From a virus (taxonomy: Duplodnaviria > Heunggongvirae > Uroviricota > Caudoviricetes): 60,075 nt of DNA. The translations under genes and the position numbers were made by a program. This document shows, one piece after another, positions 1 to 11,100 of the stretch; positions within the stretch are counted from its first letter, which is position 1; each line of letters starts with the position of its first letter. Where the stretch lies: positions 1 to 60,075 of IMG/VR virus record IMGVR_UViG_3300024259_001450. One strand, written 5' to 3'. The notes beneath the pieces are model-generated. The model worked only from the letters and a program-made list of their open reading frames with translations. It did no database searches and was not told where the DNA came from.

Positions 1-2754
1 AGAATAACTTGCTTAGGTTTTGACTCTGATGGTTTTAAGTATGGAGAAGAGGGTTGGTGGGAAGCCCCATCATCTTCGTCGTCTTCTTCGTCATCTTCTT
101 CGTCATCGTCGAGTTCCGAGTTGGAGATATGTCCACCAAGAGCAGACCATGTTAGGGGAGAACCTGAAACAAGAATAGAACCATTCGCGTATAAAAGAGG
201 TCGTATAATTTCTACTGATGATGGGGCTGTATACCTTTCGGAGCATGATATGCCAGCACCAGCATTGCCTAGTTATGAAGATGTCCCTTTGGATTTTTAT
301 CTGAAGAAGGGGGCTTTGGGAGTATTTTATGAATCTTATACTCCACTGGTGGAAGATGATGTTCCTTGGGATTATGTTAAATATGTTGACTTTACATATA
401 ACGCATGTAAGAACCTTGGTACAAAAGAAATTACGTTTGCCACTTTGGGAGAATCTTCTAATGTCGTTGACAAGATTAGAGTTTTCACTAAAGACGAAAT
501 GAAGTATTGTCAAAAATCTCCTGAAGATCAAGAAAAAATATCTAGTAGAGTAAGAGAAATTAATTCTTACAAAAAGCCAGAATCACTGAAACGTACAATT
601 GACATGCGTTTTTCGCAGGCTGGAAAAGTCGCATTTTTCGGCAATAATATAGAACAGTTCCCTTTAATCGAGGCTAGAGCGAAGGTTCTGAAATATGACG
701 ATTTCCATTCTTATAAAGCAAAAGGACCATACTCTTCTGTTGTCTATGATAAGCGAGGGGTAATGTATGTATTTTATGAGCAGCCTGCTGAAGAAGGGTC
801 TAGCTCTAGTGGGGGACAGGATGTAGAAGGTTCTCCTGATGGCGTTGAAATTTGCAACCCAGAGGTTGTAGATGTTATCGATCAAGCGGAAATAGATGCC
901 ACTAAGATAACAAACATTGCTGTGGCCGTTTCATATGATCGAGGGAGAACTTGGTTTGAATTTAATGAATTGATAAGGTTATTGGCAGGAGAAAGTGCAG
1001 AAAAACCATATGCTGTAATGGATAAAAATACGAATATAATTCATCTGTATTTTGTTTTTGAAAAATATTATTTGGCAGTTAAAGATATCGATACTTCGTT
1101 ATTCGATTTAGAAGATGCATATACTGGGTACAATGTTATTGGCGGTTGGGGCAGTGATACTCCTGATATCGCAGGGTTGGGAGACTTTACTAACAAGGGA
1201 AGAATAATGAGAGCAAGATGGTTTACGATCATCGATGGCGGCCCCGATTTGGTGATTGATTTAATTCGCGGAAAACATTGGTGCGATGTGTGCGCTGAAG
1301 ATCGTTTAAATGATTCTAGAGAAAGAGAAAGAACAGATAGCATTAGTAATTTCAAAAGGCTGAAAGATGAAAATGATAAAACAAATCCGGTTAGAGCAGC
1401 TAAAATGTCGAAGATACCACTGTTCAAAAGAACTAGTTTAGATCAGTCTTCTTACATCATTCGTATGAGATTCGGTAGACGATTAGAATTTGAAGATGTG
1501 TATGCGGAATTGAAGAAAAATGATTTTGAAGTAACTGAACAAGTGTGTGAAAAGCTTGATAAGGTTAGACCATATACCAGAACCAAATTTGCCGCATATA
1601 AAGATAATAAAGGGCATTTGACTAATTGGGCTATTGACAAAATTGACGGCATAGGAGCTATATTATCAAGCCATGATTACCTTTTCTGGTCTGTGATTAT
1701 TAATGATACATGTTTCCATGCAGAAAATCCATATAGTGTTTTGGAAGACTTGGATGAAGAGGCGTTGAACAATTATATTTTCAACCGCACATTCACTTGC
1801 CAAACATACAATTTGAATAGCTTTAGTAGCGTTCCAGCTTGTTATCTTTCTGAGAAACCTTCTAGTGACGAATTCGATGCTGACGCTAGTGCAGAAAAAA
1901 GCGAACGATGCAAGAGTCTTGAAGAAAAAATACAAGAACTAGAAGAAGAAATTGAACAACTGAGAGAAGCGATAAGCGAGATCGACCCTGATAACGAATC
2001 GGATAGACTTTTACTCTCGTCTCTTCGATCTGAATTGGTTGAGAAAGAAAAAGAATTAGCTGAATTGAAGCAAGAAGAAGATTTGGATGGATCGTATATG
2101 GACCCAGAGCAGATTATCGATCAAGCGTCTAAATTAAAACAAATACAGGTTGTTTATGATGGCTTCACAGATAAGGTTGGATTGATATTTATATATGAAA
2201 ATGCATTATATATTCGTAAATTTGATAATAGCGTAATACAGTTGATAGGCAAAAAGACCAACGCAAGAGCTACTAATACAGTAATCGATTTGGTTAACCC
2301 TGATAATTCAAGTAACGCCGCTTCTCAATTAGTTGAAGGCAGTACAGATACAACTGGTGCCGCTATAAATGAATTAATAGTTAATAGTATGAATTTAAAT
2401 TCTAATTCACCTAATAAACCGATATTCTTAGTAGGAGAGGAATTCCCTACTAAAAATGCTAATTTATATGTAGTACCACCTGATGCTCAATTAAGGGAAA
2501 TTTCCCAAGCAGTTCAGCCAGCAGCTTATTATGATAAAAGAGGATTTGTTAAATTATATTATTGTGATCAGAATTATAGTATTTGGACTGTAACGTTATT
2601 CTCTCCTGAATTGACACCGTATATAGCCGAAGAAGATGAAGATGATTCTGGTGGGATTATAGGGATTGTGAACCCTGCTGGTGTGGGTAATGCGGCTTCT
2701 CAAATAGTGGAAGGAGCGACTGGTAACACAGCTTCGCAAATAATAGGACAGTAA
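1..2754 (+). CDS. Large putative virion protein, 5'-truncated by the window; poly-Ser tract, Asp-box/BNR motif, coiled coil
   Basis: Frame 1 is open from base 1 (RITCLGFDSDG...APSSSSSSSSSSSSSSSSELEI), so the TTG at 121 is unlikely to be the true start. Contains SYDRGRTW Asp-box and an E/L-rich coiled coil (LEEKIQELEEEIEQLREAISE). Lies at the head of the structural cluster. Confidence 0.55.
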   Translation, partial: RITCLGFDSDGFKYGEEGWWEAPSSSSSSSSSSSSSSSSELEICPPRADHVRGEPETRIEPFAYKRGRIISTDDGAVYLSEHDMPAPALPSYEDVPLDFYLKKGALGVFYESYTPLVEDDVPWDYVKYVDFTYNACKNLGTKEITFATLGESSNVVDKIRVFTKDEMKYCQKSPEDQEKISSRVREINSYKKPESLKRTIDMRFSQAGKVAFFGNNIEQFPLIEARAKVLKYDDFHSYKAKGPYSSVVYDKRGVMYVFYEQPAEEGSSSSGGQDVEGSPDGVEICNPEVVDVIDQAEIDATKITNIAVAVSYDRGRTWFEFNELIRLLAGESAEKPYAVMDKNTNIIHLYFVFEKYYLAVKDIDTSLFDLEDAYTGYNVIGGWGSDTPDIAGLGDFTNKGRIMRARWFTIIDGGPDLVIDLIRGKHWCDVCAEDRLNDSRERERTDSISNFKRLKDENDKTNPVRAAKMSKIPLFKRTSLDQSSYIIRMRFGRRLEFEDVYAELKKNDFEVTEQVCEKLDKVRPYTRTKFAAYKDNKGHLTNWAIDKIDGIGAILSSHDYLFWSVIINDTCFHAENPYSVLEDLDEEALNNYIFNRTFTCQTYNLNSFSSVPACYLSEKPSSDEFDADASAEKSERCKSLEEKIQELEEEIEQLREAISEIDPDNESDRLLLSSLRSELVEKEKELAELKQEEDLDGSYMDPEQIIDQASKLKQIQVVYDGFTDKVGLIFIYENALYIRKFDNSVIQLIGKKTNARATNTVIDLVNPDNSSNAASQLVEGSTDTTGAAINELIVNSMNLNSNSPNKPIFLVGEEFPTKNANLYVVPPDAQLREISQAVQPAAYYDKRGFVKLYYCDQNYSIWTVTLFSPELTPYIAEEDEDDSGGIIGIVNPAGVGNAASQIVEGATGNTASQIIGQ
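70..117 (+). repeat. TCN-rich tract encoding 16 consecutive serines
   Basis: tca tct tcg tcg tct tct tcg tca tct tct tcg tca tcg tcg agt tcc, in frame with the 1..2754 ORF. Confidence 0.9.
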
Positions 2755-2756
2755 TT

Positions 2757-5700
2757 ATGGCAGATAAATCAGTATTAAAAACCGGTAAGCCTATAACTAC
2801 CATAATAAAAAATAAACATATAAGAAAAGGCAATTATCATGCTGGTAAAGTCGTTGTTGGCTGCTTGATAAATCAGTATTGTCCGTTTGAAACAACTGAA
2901 TTTGCTGATCATACTATGGTGTACAACAACGAAACTATGAAAACGGCACCAGACCATATTCGTGAGAATGCGGTTGATACAGTAATCAGTGAAAATGGTG
3001 TATTTCTAAAGCAGAAACATGTTTACCACTCTCAGTATTTATACGTGAAATGTCAACCTGTTGCCGGTGAATTGTCTAGTTTGGCTCCAGAAGGCTCTGG
3101 TCCTGCTGTGAGAGAATTCTCTTGGTACCAGACCAAACATGTTTTTATGGCACCTGATGAAGACATCATTACTCCTGACGAATATCTGACGAGAACTTCA
3201 GAAGCCAAAGTCGATAAGGCTCGTTGGGAAATTCCAAGACCAAATAAAAATGTAGACGATGGGGATAAAGAAGAGGCAGAAGACAGTAACGTATTGATGC
3301 CCGTACAAATTGCATCTAATCCGACTGTAAAAGAATCGATTCATTGGCGCGTAGAAAAGTTAACCCCGCTATTTCGTGGGGAAGATTTTTTCTTAGAGTT
3401 CCACAGAATGACTACTTCTACTGACTTAAATAATAGTAAAGATGAGTCTGAACAATCGTTTAAAAATTATTTTGACAATGACGATATGTACAAACCTATT
3501 GACGCATTTGGTCCTGCCAATGGGGACAACAGAGGAGTTGTTTCTTACCAAGTTAAAGACAGAAAATATGTGCCAATTGAAGAATCAAAAAAAATATTTA
3601 ATCTGAATCAACAAGCTTATATCATTATAGAGATGGGAGTAGGTTTGAAATTTAGATATTTTATAATCATTACGCAAAGAGGTCGTCCACGTTTTGTCAA
3701 AGTTCTTATGAGCAGTACCGCGACAGAAGATAAAGAAGAAGGTGAGAGCAAGAGCAAAGGGATTTCGTATCTGATTTCTGAGTATAAGAATGCGACAGGC
3801 AGTAAACTTCTTAACGATAATGTGTTAAAAATAGCAGTTAGAAATCATTTGGGTAAATTGGTTATTGTATTCAACGACAATAATGACCAGCCATGGGTGG
3901 TTACAGACATACCAGTTGCAGGGCAAGAATCTAAATCTGCCGCTTCCGGTGGCGCTGCGGCGAATTCTGAAGCTTCAAATGATCCTGGTGACGCAGCTAA
4001 TAATCAATCTGATTCTAATTCGATTCCTCAAGAGGGTACTCCTGAAAATCCTCATGGATATGCTCTTGATAAAGATGGTAATTTAGTTCCTGTTAAATCC
4101 TCTTCTGCGTCAGATACCGCCGAACCAGATTGTCCACCTGATGAACCAACAAATACACCAGACCCAGGACCGCTTTTTGTTGTGCCAGGAGCAGCTATTG
4201 CCATTTGGGGCGGAAATATGTCTATTGGGTTTACATTTAGTCCTATACAATATATTGATAAAGCATTATTAAATTTGCCATTTCCCAGTAAAAATATATA
4301 TAAAGAAAGTGAAGAAATATCGGCCTTAAAAGATGATTTGGCAGATGCCCAAAACGAAGACGTAAATGATTCACAATTGGCTGATTTTGAAGGAGATGAT
4401 GGCGGGAAGAGGGCGCTTTCGGATGAGTCGTCAGCACAACAACAGGAAGATATATCAAAAGAAATAGCTCTTTTACAATATGATGCAAATCCTTTTGTTT
4501 TGCCTGGTGATGTTGACGTTCTTTTAAGTATTAGAGATATGGGGTTGGACCCAGACTCTACTCCTCGTGATCCAGGCCGATCTGGCGGTCAGGGAGGGGT
4601 TAGGTCTAATGGCAAAAAACCATTTTACATTTGTGATGCTCAAAGAGTTGAAGAGATAAGAGAAACTTGGACTTCTGACGCTCCTCCATTTTTTATGGAT
4701 ACCGGCGAATTTATTAAAGATAAACAAGAAAAAAGAGAAAGTTTTATAGGGATAAAAAAGAAAGAATTAAAACCAGAAGGTAACAAAAAAGTATTTTTCT
4801 TGAATGTCACTTTCACCTGTGGTTCACACGTTTTTCCTAGCGGATACGAATTATTAAATTGTAAAACACCAGTTTTGAATACCATCAGACTTGTCGGACT
4901 TCCCGTAATAGACGATGCGTGGGGAATTGATGAAATAGATGCTAGTGATTTAGTGTTACAATACAGCGATACATGGTCTTCACAAGACTATCACAAAATG
5001 GAACATACTGGTAACATATCTTTCTTGGTAAACAGAGATTTAGGCGGAATTGCTAAAGACATAGAGGCACTTCGTAATAAGGCTTTTTATATACAAGTGT
5101 TCGCAAGTTATGACGGGTGTAATTATTCTCAATTTGAGCAGGGCAAAAATGAAGACGAAGGTGGTATAGTCGGAAAAACTCCTGGGTCGAGAGTTGCCCC
5201 TACGGAAATGTATAAATTGATGACTGGCATTTGTTATGGTGGAACTATAACTGAAAAACCAGGTGAAAGAATAATGATGTGTAAAGTACAAGATTATTCT
5301 AAAATATTAAAAGATTATTTGATTTTTAATTCTCCATTTTTTGATGGGGTTAGAGACATTAACGCTATATATGAATTAACTAAAATGTCTAATTTCAAAG
5401 AATCAGAGGTGGGTGATCCAGCATTTTTAATTAAAAAACATGTAGATCAAACTGAAAATAGTGACATATGGGGCGAAGGCACTGTGCAGAGTGCTGATGG
5501 TCGCAAAATACCAAAAAGTCGTGTCTATGCGTTACCGGCAGCGTATGCAAGACTGCAAGGAAATGCTGAATTTAGATTCAATGATGGTGACAATGTGATG
5601 CAAGCACTGGAAAAAATTGCTAACAGATCAGGAAAAGTTATATTTTTCGATGTTGATGGGCAGTTGCATTATGAAGCTTTCCCAATTGCTGATGTAATTT

Positions 5701-6212
5701 ATGGTAATGGGAATATATCAGATGTCGATAGCGAGTCTGTAACAACGTGGTTATTTACGGCCAAACCTGGCGAAAATGGTCAATTGGTTTTTAAGGAAGT
5801 TACTAGAGAGATTGCAGTAGAAGACGTATATAACAATATCCACATCGTTTCTAGTACGCCACACCAAGAAATGATTTTTGCAGATAGAATCAATGAAAAA
5901 GGTTTGATTGATCCTACTTCTGAAGGGTTCTTAGGGTATAGAAAAACATTCTTGCAAAAAGACCCTATTTTTGGTCACGAGAAACCAGTGACTTTATATG
6001 CCGATCATCTAACCAAATTTTTTAGGCCACCAGTTGTATTTAAATTTAGTACGTATGGTTTGCCTATGCGTTGTTTTGATATAGCCGATGTGGATGGTCA
6101 AAAACTAATTATAGTGAATATTTCGCATAGTATCGTAGGTAAAGAGAACCAGTGGTGGACTACGATTGAAGGCGAATGGTTGAGTGGGGAAACAGGACAA
6201 CTGAAAAGTTAA
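2757..6212 (+). CDS. Putative tail/baseplate hub-like structural protein (1151 aa)
   Basis: Long ORF. C-terminal pattern ALEKIANRSGKVIFFDVDGQLHY ... FDIADVDGQKLIIVNISHSI resembles tail-tip/hub proteins. Structural context; function inferred. Confidence 0.45.
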   Translation: MADKSVLKTGKPITTIIKNKHIRKGNYHAGKVVVGCLINQYCPFETTEFADHTMVYNNETMKTAPDHIRENAVDTVISENGVFLKQKHVYHSQYLYVKCQPVAGELSSLAPEGSGPAVREFSWYQTKHVFMAPDEDIITPDEYLTRTSEAKVDKARWEIPRPNKNVDDGDKEEAEDSNVLMPVQIASNPTVKESIHWRVEKLTPLFRGEDFFLEFHRMTTSTDLNNSKDESEQSFKNYFDNDDMYKPIDAFGPANGDNRGVVSYQVKDRKYVPIEESKKIFNLNQQAYIIIEMGVGLKFRYFIIITQRGRPRFVKVLMSSTATEDKEEGESKSKGISYLISEYKNATGSKLLNDNVLKIAVRNHLGKLVIVFNDNNDQPWVVTDIPVAGQESKSAASGGAAANSEASNDPGDAANNQSDSNSIPQEGTPENPHGYALDKDGNLVPVKSSSASDTAEPDCPPDEPTNTPDPGPLFVVPGAAIAIWGGNMSIGFTFSPIQYIDKALLNLPFPSKNIYKESEEISALKDDLADAQNEDVNDSQLADFEGDDGGKRALSDESSAQQQEDISKEIALLQYDANPFVLPGDVDVLLSIRDMGLDPDSTPRDPGRSGGQGGVRSNGKKPFYICDAQRVEEIRETWTSDAPPFFMDTGEFIKDKQEKRESFIGIKKKELKPEGNKKVFFLNVTFTCGSHVFPSGYELLNCKTPVLNTIRLVGLPVIDDAWGIDEIDASDLVLQYSDTWSSQDYHKMEHTGNISFLVNRDLGGIAKDIEALRNKAFYIQVFASYDGCNYSQFEQGKNEDEGGIVGKTPGSRVAPTEMYKLMTGICYGGTITEKPGERIMMCKVQDYSKILKDYLIFNSPFFDGVRDINAIYELTKMSNFKESEVGDPAFLIKKHVDQTENSDIWGEGTVQSADGRKIPKSRVYALPAAYARLQGNAEFRFNDGDNVMQALEKIANRSGKVIFFDVDGQLHYEAFPIADVIYGNGNISDVDSESVTTWLFTAKPGENGQLVFKEVTREIAVEDVYNNIHIVSSTPHQEMIFADRINEKGLIDPTSEGFLGYRKTFLQKDPIFGHEKPVTLYADHLTKFFRPPVVFKFSTYGLPMRCFDIADVDGQKLIIVNISHSIVGKENQWWTTIEGEWLSGETGQLKS

Positions 6213-6259
6213 TTTAATTCTGTTTTTTTCCGATTTTTAAATAAGAATAGGACTGCAAA

Positions 6260-6493
6260 ATGGCAATAGGTAAACGTTTAGACAAAAAGATATCGTCAAT
6301 GATAGAAGGAGCTTTGGCTCTTAACTTAGATATTGAAAATGTTAAAGCCACTACGCTATCTGGCTATCGAGGATTACATGCCCACCAATTATTTAAATTT
6401 GGTTCAGGAAAAGGTCGTAGTCCTCAGTCGGAACGCAAAGGTAGCACAATAGGAGAAGAAACAAACCCCGATCAACCTTTTAAGGTCGGTTAA
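6260..6493 (+). CDS. Small hypothetical protein
   Basis: ATG with upstream AGGA; fills the gap between structural genes. Confidence 0.55.
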   Translation: MAIGKRLDKKISSMIEGALALNLDIENVKATTLSGYRGLHAHQLFKFGSGKGRSPQSERKGSTIGEETNPDQPFKVG

Positions 6494-6502
6494 GGAGAAT
6501 TT

Positions 6503-8119
6503 ATGGCTGGTTTTACACCGAATTTTAATCTCGCATATTTTGACTTTAATGATTATCTTAATGATCCCATTAATGTCAATAGAGAAATCGATAGATTTAT
6601 ACTGATAGACAAACAAATATATGGTTTGTATGCCATTTTTGGCAACGGAGTGATCAGCGGTTGGGAAGTGGCCAATTCGAGTACAAGCGAGGCAACTGGT
6701 ATATCTGTCGCTGTTTTTTCTGGCAGAGGAATCGTTCAGTCTCGCGCTGGTGAGACAAGTATTACATCTGTTGTCGAAAATTTGCCTCCGAACTCTGTAG
6801 TATACATATATGCCCAACAAACGGACTCATCTTTTCCTTCACAGTCGAGCATAACATTTACTTTTTCTAATATCGCTAGCATATCTTCACTTGTTAAATT
6901 AGCTAAAGTTACGACTAGTGATAATGGTATAGTTAGTGTGGATAATACAGATAGGGATTTCATACTAATAGATCAGCAGATAAGCAATGCCATTGCTAGT
7001 CATAGGCATCGCGGGGCGCCAACCAAAATTGATTTAGACAATGAAACCAAAAATAGATTGTCTGGTGCCAAAGTGGAATCTTTTGATGGAAGTAAAATAT
7101 CTTCTGGAAGATTGGATTTGGACAGAATTCCCGTGTTGAATCACAACGATTTGACCGATATTGGTGTTTTGACTCATGCCCAACTCGATACTTATGTTAA
7201 TAGTTTCAGTAAAACGAATCAAAGTATATTGGGGGAAGTGGCAACTGCCAATAGGATGAGACAGACTTTATATCTGAAATTATTTTATCCTACTGTTGAC
7301 CAATATTTTGTTAATGAATTAGACTTTTTGCCAGGCGTATCTCCTGATTCGTACTACGATGCGATCAATACTACAGCTACGGTGGACCCATATGCTCATA
7401 CGATAGCTGGTGCGCCTTTTAAAAATGCTACCGTATATTTTTTCACCAAATTGTTTGAGTTGCCAGACAATATCACCAAATGTTTTATAGCCCCTAATGA
7501 ACATAATTTTTCTGATGGGGTAATATCATACGGAATTAGTACGGTAAATTCTTCAGATTTTAGCACTTATGAATTGTTAACAAAGAATAATGTGAACACT
7601 GTTTCTGGCATTGGTACTGATATGAAAGTGGGCATAAAAATTGTTTCGCCGTCTAATTTATATACACATGACCCGTATCAAGCGACATTTACTGATTATG
7701 TAGATTTTATCTTTGAAAATGCATCTTTATCTTCTGCTGATTTTCACTTTAGAATACGGTTTTATAATGACCCGGCTATGACTGATTTGCACACATCGAA
7801 GTTCAGTTCGGATGATCAGAGTTTTTGGTTAATAAATGATTCTGTTAATATGCCAGCAGCAGGATTTCCCGTTGATCCTGGCGAATCTATTAATGTGACG
7901 TACAGGGCTGATCTAACGGGTGAGTTTGTTTATGGTTATTCTTATTATATAGCTATCGATATTTGGGATGGAACTGCGTTTACGGCTGGTGGATCAGGTT
8001 TCTTGTTTATGATAAGCAACCCGACTTCTGATGACAAATATGGTAATATACCTAGAATCAATGGTTTTTCCGTATTATTCGAATTGGAAAATAACCAGAA
8101 AATATTGTTGAATTCATAA
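6503..8119 (+). CDS. Putative tail fibre/baseplate protein; N-terminal domain shared with 8123..13756
   Basis: Strong RBS AAGGAG. N-terminus (TPNFNLAYF..IDKQI..IFGNGVISGWEV) and SKISSGRLDLDRIP resemble tail-fibre motifs. Confidence 0.6.
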   Translation: MAGFTPNFNLAYFDFNDYLNDPINVNREIDRFILIDKQIYGLYAIFGNGVISGWEVANSSTSEATGISVAVFSGRGIVQSRAGETSITSVVENLPPNSVVYIYAQQTDSSFPSQSSITFTFSNIASISSLVKLAKVTTSDNGIVSVDNTDRDFILIDQQISNAIASHRHRGAPTKIDLDNETKNRLSGAKVESFDGSKISSGRLDLDRIPVLNHNDLTDIGVLTHAQLDTYVNSFSKTNQSILGEVATANRMRQTLYLKLFYPTVDQYFVNELDFLPGVSPDSYYDAINTTATVDPYAHTIAGAPFKNATVYFFTKLFELPDNITKCFIAPNEHNFSDGVISYGISTVNSSDFSTYELLTKNNVNTVSGIGTDMKVGIKIVSPSNLYTHDPYQATFTDYVDFIFENASLSSADFHFRIRFYNDPAMTDLHTSKFSSDDQSFWLINDSVNMPAAGFPVDPGESINVTYRADLTGEFVYGYSYYIAIDIWDGTAFTAGGSGFLFMISNPTSDDKYGNIPRINGFSVLFELENNQKILLNS

Positions 8120-8122
8120 ATT

Positions 8123-11100
8123 ATGCCTGTTTATACACCTTATTACAATATGGCGGCTTTTCTGAATGGAGAAGTTTATAGCAGCGTTCTTGACAAAGAA
8201 CGTATGTCTACTATAGATACTCAACTTGCTTTTGTATCAAATATCATAGGTGATGGTAGAATCTCGGGATGGACTGTGACTGACGCTACTGTGGTCGCTC
8301 CTGATTTTTTAATTGATATTGATTGGGGAACTGGAATTATTAATAATTTTGTTACACAAAACTCCAGTGTTTTTGTCGGAGATGTGCCAGCCAGTTCGGT
8401 TAATTATGTTTATATGCAGAGAAAGCCATATCTATCTAAATTGTTTGGACCGTTTTCAGACATAGGCACATTAGCATGGACAGATACTACTCCTCCTATC
8501 GATCCCGCTGGGCCGGTTAATCTAGTTTTTTCTGATATAACTCACGAATCTTTAGTCCTTAGCTGGGATGCCAATTCTGAGGCAGATTTATCTGACTATA
8601 TGGTTGAGCGGTGTACAGATGGAATAACTTATGTTCAAATTGCAAGGACTACTGATCCATCATATTCAGATACTGGGTTATTAGACAATACTACATATTT
8701 TTATAGGGTATATGCATTCGATAAATCTGGTAATATTAGCATCCCAAGCATCCCGGTTTTCACAACAACATTGAGAAATTTAACTGCTGCTGCTAAGGCT
8801 ACTTATTTCTTGCCATTCCCTAGTGATGGCCAAGTTAGTCTGGTATGGGGAGAAGTGAATGATACCCTTTTGGATCATTTTACTATTGTTGTGCAAGAAT
8901 TAGATGCAGAATATAATTCTATTGGTTTATCGACATCATATACAGTAGATGAAAATTTAAATTTTTTCATTGTTGACGAATTATTGAACGATCATACATA
9001 TAGATTTACTATATACTCAGTTAATCAGTATGATGTTTTGTCTGAACCCCTGTCTGTGAATGCAACACCCAAATTAAATATAGGCCCAGCAGAAGCCACT
9101 GATTTAGAATTGTCTTATGGTCAAAGTGTAAGTAATCCAAAATTTATAAAATTGGATTTCTCATGGGAAGATGGCATAGAAGCATATAGAGCATTAGCAG
9201 AAAGATATCTTATTACTGTTATAGAGAATGGAAGTGTTGTATCAAATCCAATTACAGTCATATATGGCATTAATGATCTTGTGATCGAAGAGTTTTTGGT
9301 AGGAAATATTTGTACTTACGTAAAACCACAGACCGATTATATATTAAAAATACAGGCAATAGACGAAAATGGCAACACCAACAACGGGTCAGTGATTAGA
9401 ATATTCACTGGTATAGTAGTAGCACCGTCTGCCCCTCATTCAATTACTTCTGAATTGACTGAGAATGGTTTATTATTTTTGTGGAAAAACACCAGCAGTT
9501 CTTTTGAATACAATACAGTTACTCTCGATGACGAAGATTTGAGTACATTTGTTACAACAACTCAAATTAATGAATTTAATAACGGAAGAGCAAAAAGCTA
9601 TGTATATCCTTTCGCCAGTTTACTCCCCGACCACAAATATACCATAAAATTGAAAGCAGTAGATGCTTATGGAAATGAGAGTGAGGAGTCTATTCATGAG
9701 CATACCATTCTTCCATTGGATTATACAACTTCTGGAGGATCATCTCCTAGTTCCAGTAGGCCACCAGCCATAAATAAATTGTTTGCTTTTGGCGGGGACC
9801 GTTCTATTTTATTGATTTGGTCAGAAGTCATAAACTATACACCTGATTTCTATCGTATTTGGCGTACACCCTATAGGGTTGCTCCTCCTTATGACCCAGC
9901 CGATTTCACGTTGGTATCTACTGTCCCTGGAACTGTATTCTCTTATGTCGATTATGGATTAACAAACGACACAAGATATATCTATATGATCACTACGGTA
10001 GATATGTTTGGAAACGAATCATTGAATCCTATAGACGACGAGTATACCTACCATACATCTTTTCACGCTTTGCCTGTTGATGGAGGGTCTAATGTAACAC
10101 ACCCAATTGCTGTATGGCCGGTTCCGGCTGGTGGGTATGATATCACAATAAGTTGGAATTCTGTTGTCGATGGTGTCGAAGGCGATTTTGATTGTTATGA
10201 AATTTATTTTTCGCCATTAAACCTATATTCATGGGAAAAGGTCGGTTCAGTCGATAACGATACTACTGTTTTTATCCATCAAAATGCATTAATTCATGGA
10301 GATGGCAATTACAATTATATAGTCAGAGCGGCTAGAGATGAAACTAGAGTGCTTGTGTCTCAGTCCAGTACACCACCAATTAATTCAATTGAATTGGCTA
10401 AAATAACTACGACTGCAACGGATATTACAATAGAAGATACAGCAAGAGATTTGGGCGGATTAGAAGACTTCATTGGGGAAAGAATTGAGGCTCTGCTTGA
10501 TGACCACAAGCACGTTTGGACACCTTCATACGATAGACGTATTGATTTAAATTCAAACGTTATTATTACTGATTGGGTTACAAACGATCAAAAGACGTAT
10601 GCGACAGCAGACTTTATTGTTGGCACTTTTATGGATGGAAACGTAATTACTGTTTTAGAGCCTCTTTTTTATGTGGTTAAAGTTGATGATGCAATAACTG
10701 ATATACCATTTGTTGTCGATCCTTTGCTGAAAAGAATCAGGTTTAGTAGTGCAACCGGGTCTGATGACATATCAGTAGAATGCGTAGGGATTAATGAAAC
10801 GTCTGGGATATTACCAGATGAACGCATGGGGACATTGAGCGCAACGGTTTCAGGTTCGGGCAGAGTAAATGAGGCAGTATTGCCAGATATTCCGCATACT
10901 GGCAGAAATAAAGAAAATTTATTGCCGTTGCAATTACCTATGACTAGCGACAACGGATATACATATAAAATATATCAAAATGAAAATTCTGATGTACATC
11001 AAGACATAGGTGGTTCTACTTCTTTCTATGATTTCATAAGAGCGAGTGACGGAAGTTTAATTGCGGCTACTAGTCGCGGCATATTGATAAGTGACAATGA

